A stretch of 64,000 nt of DNA from an uncultured Planctomycetota bacterium (GTDB lineage Bacteria; Planctomycetota; Phycisphaerae; UBA1845; JANYLN01): assembly GCA_963787325.1 (NCBI GenBank), contig CAWBCK010000001.1, forward strand, positions 156,924 through 220,923. The letters run 5' to 3'. A program made the translations under genes and the position numbers. The notes beneath the pieces are model-generated. The model was not told the DNA's origin and did no database searches. It saw only the letters and a program-made list of their open reading frames with translations. Positions 47,924 to 57,970 of the stretch are shown piece by piece (positions within the stretch are counted from its first letter, which is position 1; each line of letters opens with the position of its first letter).

Positions 47924-48331
47924 ATTCGATTCTCAAGGCGTTCTCAAACACCCCGTCAACCGTGCAACAAACGGGTCAGACATCCAGCCGGCTCCGGGTG
48001 AGATAAGGATCCGGTTGGATGATTGGCCGATCCGTTAGCCAACCAGTCGCAGCGGGACTGGCCGTGCCGGATTGTATCATGGGCGTTTGGGATTTGCACA
48101 CGGAGCAATGGGTCCTCAGGCACGTCCTTTCATGTAGTCTGACCTGCCCGCCCTGCGCGTCCTCGGTGCCTCTGTGGTCCACTTTCTGCAAACGGAACGT
48201 CCGATCCCCTCGATATCCCGCGCGTTCATATTTGCGGATTGCTTACAGGCCAGGATCGATTACACTTGCCAGCACTCGGGGCTTGGTACCCCTGAGATCA
48301 CGTGCGATTTCCCCGGAAAGGGGCAGGCTGG

Positions 48332-49813
48332 ATGGCGGGAGGAGTTGGCCAACCTGCGTTAGAAGCTAAGGGCCGATACGCTGTCGGTACCCTCACTTAC
48401 ACCAAAGCCGGGCTTTTTGTCTTATTTGGCTGGTTGCTGTGGGGCGACTTCTGCTTCTCGCTGATGGAGAAGGTGCTTCCAGCCATCTACCCGATCTTCC
48501 TGATCGACAAACTGGGGGCCAGCAACAAAGCCGTCAGTATGCTGATGGTCACCATCCCCGAGGCGATGATCGTAGCGCTCTGCCCGCCCATCAGCTTCCG
48601 CAGCGACCGGACCCGCAGCCGATGGGGACGACGCATTCCGTACATGACGATTACGGCCCCGTTTCTGTGCCTGTTTCTCGTGGGGCTGGGATATTCCGAG
48701 CAGATCGCGGCGTTCCTGCGTGTCTCTTCGCTGCCGGGCTGGCTGCATGTCTCGCCCCACGTGGCGGTGATCGGTGTGCTCGGCCTGCTGTTGGTTCTCT
48801 TTAATTTCTTCAACTCGTTCGTGCAGTCCGTGTACTGGTATCTATTTGCCGACGTTGTGCCGAGGGAGTTCCTGGGGCGGTTTCTGGGCCTGTTTCGGAT
48901 GGTGGGGTTTCTGGCTGAATGGGTCTTCCAGACGTACATCTTCCCCTATGCCGGCACCCATATGCATTACATTTTCCTGGGCGCGTCGGTGCTCTATTTC
49001 GTGGGCTTCGGGCTGATGTGCTGGCGGGTGAAGGAGGGCGAGTATCCGCCGGTGGAGAACCCCGAGGCCGACAAATCCATCGTCGCCCAGGCGAGGATGT
49101 ACTTCAAGGATTGCTATACGCACCCGATCTACGTCCTGGCGTTCCTGCACAGTTCCGGGGTGGCCTTGGTGCAGGCCGGCATTGTGGCGAACATGGTGTT
49201 CGTGCTGTCGCTGCCCGGGGTAACCTATGAAAAAGCCGGCACCGTGTTGGGGCACATCGCCCTGGCGACGATGTGCCTGACGTACCTGGGCGGATGGATA
49301 TCGGACCGGTTCCACCCGCTGCGGACCCAGCTGGCAATGCTGGTGCTGCTGGTGCCGGCGCAGTTCGCGTCCTTCTTTTATATGAGGGACTATTCGTCCT
49401 TTGTCCTGTGGACCTGGGTGGGTAGGGTCCCGCTGGTGCTGTTCAGCGCTGCGGCGATACCGCTGCATATCTCGTTGTTTCCGCGTGAGAAGTACGGCCA
49501 GTTCGGCAGTGCCAATGCGATGCTTCGGTCCTTCCTGGCGGTGATCGGAGGAGCCGTCAGCGGGCTGTTCCTCGATCGCATGACCGGCAACGGCCAGATC
49601 AAAGACGCGCTGCGATGGATGTACGTATGGTCCGGTTTCTGGTACTTCATGACGCTGCTGTGCATGATCGGGGTGTACGTCTGCTGGAAGCGGCGAGGCG
49701 GCAACGGAGACGTATACACCGCCGGGGTCCATGCTGGAACGGGAGCAACTGGCGCTGGCGCAATCGCTGGCGGCGAAAGACGCGGCTCCGGCGTCTCCGG
49801 CACTGAGTCCTGA
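48332..49813 (+). CDS. MFS transporter (likely sugar/glycoside symporter)
   Basis: 12 TM segments. The start may be 48302 or 48332. Confidence 0.75.
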   Translation: MAGGVGQPALEAKGRYAVGTLTYTKAGLFVLFGWLLWGDFCFSLMEKVLPAIYPIFLIDKLGASNKAVSMLMVTIPEAMIVALCPPISFRSDRTRSRWGRRIPYMTITAPFLCLFLVGLGYSEQIAAFLRVSSLPGWLHVSPHVAVIGVLGLLLVLFNFFNSFVQSVYWYLFADVVPREFLGRFLGLFRMVGFLAEWVFQTYIFPYAGTHMHYIFLGASVLYFVGFGLMCWRVKEGEYPPVENPEADKSIVAQARMYFKDCYTHPIYVLAFLHSSGVALVQAGIVANMVFVLSLPGVTYEKAGTVLGHIALATMCLTYLGGWISDRFHPLRTQLAMLVLLVPAQFASFFYMRDYSSFVLWTWVGRVPLVLFSAAAIPLHISLFPREKYGQFGSANAMLRSFLAVIGGAVSGLFLDRMTGNGQIKDALRWMYVWSGFWYFMTLLCMIGVYVCWKRRGGNGDVYTAGVHAGTGATGAGAIAGGERRGSGVSGTES

Positions 49814-49933
49814 GTCCTGAATGCCGCGTGTCGGGGACGAATCGTCGGTGCCGTTCCTTGTCGCCTGAGGACCGGTAGTAGATTGGACTGCCGACATCCA
49901 GATCCAACTTCGCACTAAGAAAGATGCCATTTC

Positions 49934-52411
49934 CTAACGGTCCTGCTCGAGGAGGTTCACCTCCTGCAGGATGGGGCGGGCCTTGCCGCATCGCAGCGTC
50001 TTGACCTCAAACGGTGTCAACGTCACAGGTTGCACGAGGTCGAGCGCAGGGACGCGAAGCGTCGTCGATCGGCTATGGCCCGTCGGTTCATACAGGCGAA
50101 TGATGTAGTCATCCGAGTCATGGGCCTGTTTGAAGGCGGTGATCTGGATAGCCGGGTCGTCGAGGGCGGCCGTCGGCGGCGGGCAGGTGCCCTGGCCCGA
50201 CGGGAAGAACGAGAGAACGAAGGGTTTCTCGTTGTGGGCGATGGCGTCGCGGTCGACGGTGGTGAGGCGCTCGCTGCTCGGGCCGGCGTTGAGCCAGAAG
50301 CGGAATACCCGTTCTCCCTGGTCAATGCGGGGGCTATAGCGATCGGTCGGTAGCAGGGGCCGGTCCTTGATGGGATGACATGTATAGGCCGGCGAGCGAA
50401 GCAGCGTCAGGCGGATGACGCCATCACGGCAATCGGACCCGTAAGAGCCATCGTTGATGCAGGTAAGCGCGGCATCGCCGGATACAGCGGCGACCCACTT
50501 CTGGGCGACGGCTTCCCGGCCGTCTGTCGGCAGCGATTCGATCCCGTAGGCGACTTGGCCGAGATAAGTGGGGTTGGGCCACGGCGTAGGCAGGGCGAGT
50601 TTAAGCAGTTTGCTTTTCTCATTCCAATGGACGCGGACGTCGACCTCCAGTTCAGTCCCGTGCTTTGGCAGTTTATAACGTTGACAGATGAACGAATCGC
50701 CATAGGCGAAGACGGCCTCGATGACGGTGCGGACGGGGCCGTCTTCAATTACGCGGACGCTGGGCAGGTGGCCGGACCGAACGCCGGAGAACTCCCGGCC
50801 GCGCTCAGGGTCCATGAGGGCGAACTCACCGAGGGTATCGTCGAAGCGGACGCCGCTCAGGATCCAGGGGTCATCGCTGTAGCCGAGGACGATGGGCAGA
50901 AACGCGCCGGCCTTGAGGTAATCGACGCCGCGGACGCGGTACCGGTCCAGCAAGCCGGTGCTCGCGTTGACCACGACTTCCAGATCATCGGTGCGATGCG
51001 TAAGAAGGCCGTCACGAGCCTCCAGGGACGGTGCAGGTTTGCGAGGCGAGGTTACAAGCCGGCAGTCAAAGCGTGACATCTGACCCGGGGCCAGTTCCGC
51101 GCTGAAGGTGACACGCTTGCGCCAGTCGAGATTGATGTTGCTGAGTTCCTTTTCGACCTGGCTGGACAGGGACTGGTCGTCAGCCGAGACGACTACGTTG
51201 GTGAACTCTTCCTTCCAGTTCTGGTCCGGCAGCATGAACTCGCACTCGAAGGTGCCCCGCACCGCGAAGGGATGCGGGTTATAGGCGAGAATAGGGATAC
51301 GGTCGTCCTCGGCGGCTGGTTGACCGGTGGCCAGGGCGAAGAACGCCCGGCCTTTGAGACGTGACAGGATCTCCAGGCCGTGGTCCATCAGCCGTAGCGC
51401 CATTCCTTCAACCGGTTGGACGGAGGAACCGGGCAGGATGTCGTGGAATTCGGCGAACAGAAGGTCGGCAGTGGCCTCGTGCAGTTCGGCCTTGGGGTAG
51501 GCCAGCAAGCCGGCCAGGGCGGCGTGAGAAAGCATCTTCTCGGCCATGTAGAGTTCGTTCTCCAGTTCCCGGTGTTTCTGTTTCACACGCACCTGTGAGG
51601 TGTAGCAGCCGATGGCGAACGGGTTGAGATCGCCCTCGTAGCGCGACAAGGGTACGCCGGCCGCACGCCGCTCGCGAAAGTACGCCTCCGGGGTGGAATG
51701 ACGCACCTCGACGTTCCCGGTCCTGGCGATGAGATCGGCGAGTTTCTCCAGGTCGATGCGCGAAGGACCGCCGCCATGGTCGCCGATGCCCCAGAGACAC
51801 AGAGCGACGGGGCGGTCGCCGAACCTCTCAAGGCAACGGCGGATCTTCTCATCCGCGTGTCCGAGGGCCGAATTGTAGAACTCTACAGAGCGGTGGGCGG
51901 TGATAGTCGAGCCGTCGTAGCCGACCCAGGTGAAATCGTCGGCGGGCAGCGCAAGGACCGCCGGATCGGGTCGGCAGAAGAGGTAGCTGTCATAGCCGGA
52001 CTTGGCGAGGATCTGGACGAGCCCGCGGGTATGGCCGAACGAGTCGAAGTTGATCGCGGTCGTCGGTTCGATGCCGAATTTCTCGCGAAACCAGGCCTTG
52101 CCGAACAGGATCTGGCGGACGAACGATTCCCCGCTGGGCATGTTGCAGTCGGGCTGCAGGTACCAGCCGCCTATGATGTGCCAGTGCCCGGCCGCGACGA
52201 GTCGCTGGATGCGGGTGAACAGGGACGGCTCATACTCCTCAACCCACTGGTAGAGGATCGCCTCGTTGTGGTTGAAGACGAAGCCCTCGAAGGACTCGCA
52301 CAGGTCGGCGGCAACGCGGAACGTCGAGATGGCGGCGGCCGCGCCCTCCTCCCACGGCCATTGCCAGACCGGGTCGAGGTGGGCGTTACAGACCAGGTGC
52401 ATGGTTTTCAT
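49934..52411 (-). CDS. GH38 alpha-mannosidase
   Basis: MKTMHLVCNAHLDPVWQWPWEE... is the GH38 N-terminal catalytic domain (HxD). Intact ORF of about 825 aa. Confidence 0.9.
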   Translation of the reverse strand: MKTMHLVCNAHLDPVWQWPWEEGAAAAISTFRVAADLCESFEGFVFNHNEAILYQWVEEYEPSLFTRIQRLVAAGHWHIIGGWYLQPDCNMPSGESFVRQILFGKAWFREKFGIEPTTAINFDSFGHTRGLVQILAKSGYDSYLFCRPDPAVLALPADDFTWVGYDGSTITAHRSVEFYNSALGHADEKIRRCLERFGDRPVALCLWGIGDHGGGPSRIDLEKLADLIARTGNVEVRHSTPEAYFRERRAAGVPLSRYEGDLNPFAIGCYTSQVRVKQKHRELENELYMAEKMLSHAALAGLLAYPKAELHEATADLLFAEFHDILPGSSVQPVEGMALRLMDHGLEILSRLKGRAFFALATGQPAAEDDRIPILAYNPHPFAVRGTFECEFMLPDQNWKEEFTNVVVSADDQSLSSQVEKELSNINLDWRKRVTFSAELAPGQMSRFDCRLVTSPRKPAPSLEARDGLLTHRTDDLEVVVNASTGLLDRYRVRGVDYLKAGAFLPIVLGYSDDPWILSGVRFDDTLGEFALMDPERGREFSGVRSGHLPSVRVIEDGPVRTVIEAVFAYGDSFICQRYKLPKHGTELEVDVRVHWNEKSKLLKLALPTPWPNPTYLGQVAYGIESLPTDGREAVAQKWVAAVSGDAALTCINDGSYGSDCRDGVIRLTLLRSPAYTCHPIKDRPLLPTDRYSPRIDQGERVFRFWLNAGPSSERLTTVDRDAIAHNEKPFVLSFFPSGQGTCPPPTAALDDPAIQITAFKQAHDSDDYIIRLYEPTGHSRSTTLRVPALDLVQPVTLTPFEVKTLRCGKARPILQEVNLLEQDR

Positions 52412-52606
52412 CTTCGCATCTCCAGGGAGAGAGCCCCAGGACTTCACGGCCATGACCGGTGACGGTTGCTGACGCCAGCCGCCGCGCTCGCCGCAAAACA
52501 AGGTCTTACGCGAATGCCGATGGGTCTGCAAGGGAATGGCCGCCTCTCGGGGTAATCGGACGAATCGGAACATCCGCCCTCGGGCCGGTGGCCATTGTGG
52601 ATGTGC

Positions 52607-54972
52607 TCAGTCCAGACCTATGGCTTCGACGCGGATATTCTTTACGCAGGCATGGATGGCCTTCAGCAGTGCTTCCGGCGGGGATGTCTTGGCCACGTAC
52701 GCGCAGAGCGCCCGCGGGGGACATCTCGTCGGCGATGTCCTGCTCGGCGTGCATCGACAGGCCGATCACCTTCACCTGCGGTATCTCCCGCCGGATTCGT
52801 CGCGTTGCTTCCGTACCGTTGAGCACCGGCATGGATACATCCATAATGACGATCTCCGGCCGCAGTTGGCGGGTAAGATCGACGGCTTCCTGGCCGTCGG
52901 CGGCCTGCCCAACGACCTCGACGCACGGATGCATCGCCAGCAGTTTGGCCAGGCCGTCGCGCACCACGGCATGATCGTCGGCCAGAAGAAGGCGAATCCG
53001 CTTGGAGTCATGCTTATTGCCTGCGGTAGCCGACTCACCGGTTGCTTCCGGAGTACCTGAAGGTTGCGATGCGGAGTCCCCCGTCGCCTCTGCTTCGGCT
53101 GGTGCTTCCAGTTCCACGGGCGCCAGCAATGTGATGTGTGTACCCATGGCGGGAGTGCTTTCGATTGCCAGCCGGCCGCCCAACCATTCCAGTCGCTCTC
53201 GCAGGCTGAGCAGGCCGAAACCCGTGCCGTGATGCTTGAGGGCCTGGCTCCTGTCCGGATCGAACCCTGCCCCCTCGTCGGCGACCGAGATCTGTACATG
53301 GTGTTCGCCAGCCTTGGTCAGCGTTACCGCCGCGCGGTCCGTCTTGGCATGCTTGACGACGTTAAAGAGCAACTCGCGGACGGCCTGGAACAGCAGCACC
53401 CGGACTTCCTCGGCCTCTGGATTGGCGTGTTCATCCGCGTGGACCTCGACGGCAAGGCCATGCTTGTCGCGCATCCAGCGAGCCAGCCAGTGCAACGTCT
53501 GGGCCATGCTTGCCTGGTAGAGGATCGGCGGCGACAGTTCGATCGTCAGCGAACGCGACAGTTCCAGCGATTCATCGAGCAGACCGTTAACCTGCCGCAA
53601 CGATTCGCGGACGCTGTCGTCCCACAGACTGGCTGCGGATCGTGTCGATATTGAACTTCGCACCGACGAGTAACTGCTGGAGTTGATCGTGCAGGATCTG
53701 GGCCAGACGGTGACGCTCCCGCTGCTCGGCCTGGCTCAGTTCGGCCGCCATGGCACGCAGCTGGGTGGTACGCCGGGCGACCTGCCGTTCAAGCGTCTCG
53801 TTCATCGACTTGAGCTGCTCTTCGGCGCGCTTGCGGTCCGTGATGTCGTGCGTGGTTTCAAGCACATATTGCCGGCCCGTGCCATAGCGCACCATGGCCA
53901 GCCGACTTTCGACCATGATTCGCCGGCCATCGGCGGTCTGGTGGTACAACTCGCCCGTCCATCGCCCGGTTTCGAGCAATGCTGCTCGGAAGTCCGTGGT
54001 CGTGGCAGACGTGCTGGTCTTGAGCAGGTCACGCGGCATGCGATCGACGGCTTCTCTGCGCGAATATCCGTACAACTGCTCGGCTCCACGATTCCAATAG
54101 ACGATGGGCCCGTCGAACTCCCACACGAAGATGGCATCATATGTCTGCTCCAGCAGGTCTACCTGTCGCCGCAGGGTCTCTTCCGACCGCTTGCGTTCGC
54201 TGATGTCCACGATGGAAGCCAGGACGAGAATGCCTTCGTTCGTACGGATGGGGTTCAGGCCGATCTCGACAGGCACCTCCGTGCCGTTCTTATGCAGTCC
54301 GAAAAGCTCCCGACCGGCACCCATGGGCCGCGTCTGCGGGTCGGCCATGAAGCCGTGGCGGTAGCCCTCATGCCTGCCGCGGAAACGTTCCGGAACGAGC
54401 ATCTCCACGGATTGGCCGATCAGTTCCTTCCTTTCGTAGCCGAACAGCTTCTCGGTCTGTGCGTTGACCAGCACGATGCGTCCGCGCGCGTCGGTCATGA
54501 TGATCGAATTGGGTGCCGATTCGACGGCGAGCTCCAGCCGCTGCTGGCTGTCGGCCAGATGTTGCTCGGCCTGCCTGCGGGCGGTGACGTCCAGCGTGAT
54601 TCCTATCAGTCGGGAGGAACTGTCATTTCTATCAGGAGACGGTCGGCCCTGGACGGCAATCCATCGCCGCCGGCCTTCTACAACGCCAGCCGTACGGTAT
54701 TCGGTCTCGAAGACGCTGCCGTCAGCCTGGCAGGCATCCCGAATAGCGTGATCGACGCGATCGCGGTCTTCTGGGTGTACGCTGGCCAGAAAGACTGCGT
54801 AATCGCATGCTGAATCATGGGAAAGGCCGTGCTGATCGCGGGCCTGTTCCGAGAGTCTCGCGTAGCCGGTCTGCGGACTCAACGCAAAGGTGCCCAGTTG
54901 TGCGGCTTCGACAATTTGCCGCAATCGGTCATATGGGGGGTGTCCTCGCTGCTCGCCCCCTGAGTTGCTCAT
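52607..54972 (-). CDS. hybrid sensor histidine kinase/response regulator (3x PAS - HisKA_3 - HATPase - REC); frameshifts near 53630 and near 52700
   Basis: PAS repeats. H-box ERHRLAQILHDQLQQ (NarX-type). HATPase G-boxes. REC domain (LLADDHAVVRDG...IMDVSMP). An alternate frame restores the C-terminus ...AYVAKTSPPEALLKAIHACVKNIRVEAIGLD*. Confidence 0.8.
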
Positions 54973-55661
54973 AAAGGATCTCCTGCAGGCGAGCTCTTAG
55001 AGCACCTGGCTGCTGTGCCGAAACCAGAACCGCCTGTCGATAACGAAACATGTGCCAAAGCCCCGAACGGATGCCTTGTCAACGCACGCTATATGGTAGG
55101 CGGCGCATCGGTTAAGACGTCAGCCGATGCGATACCATCTGTCCCGGTGTCGGGATGTCGACGGACAATTCATCACGATAGTGTCCAATAGCCGGGCTGT
55201 AGCCGGCGGGCCGACTGCGTCCGGGAGGCCGGCCTGGTCTCCTCGATCAATACGATGTGCGTCTTGGCCTTGGGCCCCTATTTCCAGGTAAGGGTTTACT
55301 GTAATGAAACCGACCCGAAGTCTGCCGATGTATGATGTGCATCCGCCAGCAATCTGCGCCCAGTCATCTCTCGCCCTTATACTTGGGTCATGAAGATCCG
55401 ACGCCTTTCCAGTTGCAGCAGTCTGCTTGGCCGTACGTCAATTCATTCGCTCACGAATCGCAGCAACTTGAAACGCCTTCGGCCCGATTAGTAGTGTTTG
55501 TCATGGGCGGGGTACACCGCGGAACCAACTGTCAGACGTTTATGACACGCGGCCCCGAGCTGCATATGTGGCATCCTGTAACGCCCTGGCGGTCGTGATC
55601 GTTTATGGCAGCGATGACACGACGAATGCGTACCAAGGCATTGCGGTTGTTGGGGGTTACC

Positions 55662-57137
55662 ATGAGAAGTTTTGCGTTCTTGCGGTGGTTGCCAGCAGCA
55701 GGCCTGCTGGCGGGCAGTAGCCTTCCTGGTTTCTCTTGGGGTTCTCGAACGGCGAACAGGGCTCAAGCAGTTACCGGAGCCGCTGTCGGGCATACCGCAG
55801 CGGCGCTGGCGCTCAGCCGCGACATCAACGGCGATGGAACAGTCGACGTCGCCGACCTGAATCTGATGATTGCGGCCTGGGCCGGCACTGCCAACCCGTT
55901 AACCAGCAACTGGAACGCAGCCGCCGATCTCAACGGGGATGGCGACGTCAACGTGGCAGACTTGCAGATCCTTGCGAATTACTGGGACCAGAGCGTTCCG
56001 ATCGACGTGACCGTCATCAAGGATCCACTGGGCGACAGCGCTGATTATTCGGGCAACGTCGTCGGCAAGGTCTACGTCCCATCGCGATACGGTGGCCAGC
56101 TCGACCATCAGCGGCGCGGATGTTGAACTGATCTATACAAACGGTGCCGATCTGCAGCCTGTTGTCGCCCAACGCGCCTTTGATGGTGATCTCGCCGCGT
56201 CCGTCGTGGCGCAGGGCGATCCGTGTTCCTATACCGTCCCACAAGGCCAGCCCGGCTGGTACTACATACGCCTGCCCGACACCTCACCGGTGACGATCTC
56301 CAGCAGACTACACCGAGGACGAGCAGGCCACGTACCGGCCATGGAACGGCTGGTGGTGGCCATGGAATCCCAGCCAGGGCCCGACCTTGTATGATGCCGG
56401 CGGGCCTCTCGACAAGTATGACCGGATCTATGGCACGCAGGCCCGCCAGTGGGACGCGACCAACGAATCCGGTGGCGACTACTGGTTCGGCCATTGCTGG
56501 GGATGGTCGATCGCCTCGATCCTGCTTCCCTTACCGCAACCCGCAAAGAAAAACGGCGTCGACTTCACTATGGACGACATGAAAGGTCTGTACACCGAGG
56601 CCGCCGACAACGATCCGTATGTCGATCCCACCCTTAGCGTAAGCTTCATCCCGCCAGGACCGCCGACCAGCAAGGCCGGCGAGGACGTCGACGACTATTG
56701 TGACGATCTATACCGGATCCTTCGCACCTGCATCCGCGAAGATGGTGTGCCCGTCCAAAGCGACATGCGCGCCATCGCCACGCCGCCGGACAACGAAAGC
56801 GAGGTCTGGAACCAGGCGATCTATAGGTACGCCTCCAGTTGCGCGAGGTGCCAGGGGCAAACGACGAGCATCTCGTCGAGATCGACATGGACGTGTACTC
56901 AAACTTCGGCCCATGGCCGCCGCCGACCGATTACACCGACGACCGCCACGAGGAATTCGTCTACGATCTGGAGTTCGACGCTGATGGGCAGGTCGTGGCA
57001 GGCTCTACCAGACAGAACTGGATCAGCGCCAGCCACTATCCGCCGCACGATCTGTATCGCCTGACGGGTTCACCCTGGGCCTGCGCACCGATCCGTACGT
57101 CTCGAAAGACAATATCGATGCCCTGTACCAGCCGTGA
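55662..57137 (+). CDS. secreted protein A: signal peptide + dockerin-like repeats + conserved Cys/Trp-rich domain (GHCWGWS motif); about 3 frameshifts
   Basis: MRSFAFLRWLPAAGLLAGSS is the signal peptide. Two D-x-N-G-D-G-x-V-D/N dockerin Ca-binding repeats. The C-terminal ~380 aa are collinear with paralog B. The last 20 aa (…DPYVSKDNIDALYQP*) are recovered in an alternate frame. Confidence 0.65.
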
Positions 57138-57217
57138 GAGCAGTGGCGATCGCAAAACTCTGCTTTGTTGAGGATGTCGCCGGCAGCCTGGGCCAGGGCG
57201 AAGTTTTGAAACCGCTT

Positions 57218-57937
57218 CTACTGGGGCATGCCCTGCACCTTCTTGCCGTTGACCTCCAGCAGGGCCGCTTCCGTGACGAGCTTGCCATTGCGATACTTCT
57301 TTGCGACCAGCCACCAGGGCTGGCCGCTGACCCACTTCTGCTCGACCTTCATTTCGTAATTGCCGGATGCCTTGCTCAGCACTACCTGCCCGCCGCTTTT
57401 GCTGGTCTGGCTGATAGTCGCCTTGCCGGCCTCGCGTGTGCTGTCGGCTTGGCTGAAGTCCGGCCAGTCCAGCGGCACGAGACTTGGAACGTCACCGACG
57501 ATAGTCGGCCCCGAAGCGGCAGCCGAATACGTCCGCGTGGAATCTTTCGTCGAACCGTCCGGCCTTACGGAGACGTCTGTAATCTGCACGAGCCGCCCGG
57601 TATCCTTGGTGTAACAGGCGACAAACCGCCTCTGCACGCCCACCTGCTCGGGCGGATACGTGATCTGCACCTGCCAGCACGGTTTGTCACCGACCGTCGT
57701 TTCGCCGTTCACTTGAAAGTCGATGGTGACCACGCGGCCCTTCATCTTGTAAGTTCCCTGCGTGGCCGCGGCACTGCTGCCAGGCCGGAAGATCTGTCCC
57801 TGCCACACGCCGACCTTCCATGTGTCCCCGCTTGTCCACTGAGGCGCCGTCTGGGCCGCGGCGATCGCCGGCGCGCCGAGAAGAAGCCCCGTCAGTGTAC
57901 AGCCGACGATAACGACACGAATGCTGCATGACTGCAT
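57218..57937 (-). CDS. secreted hypothetical protein (239 aa), apparently co-transcribed downstream of paralog B
   Basis: AAGGAG RBS; signal peptide MQSCSIRVVIVGCTLTGLLLGAPAIAAAQ; no recognisable domain. Confidence 0.6.
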   Translation of the reverse strand: MQSCSIRVVIVGCTLTGLLLGAPAIAAAQTAPQWTSGDTWKVGVWQGQIFRPGSSAAATQGTYKMKGRVVTIDFQVNGETTVGDKPCWQVQITYPPEQVGVQRRFVACYTKDTGRLVQITDVSVRPDGSTKDSTRTYSAAASGPTIVGDVPSLVPLDWPDFSQADSTREAGKATISQTSKSGGQVVLSKASGNYEMKVEQKWVSGQPWWLVAKKYRNGKLVTEAALLEVNGKKVQGMPQ

Positions 57938-57970
57938 GGTAACACTCCTTAGTAGCCCCTACGGTCTCTA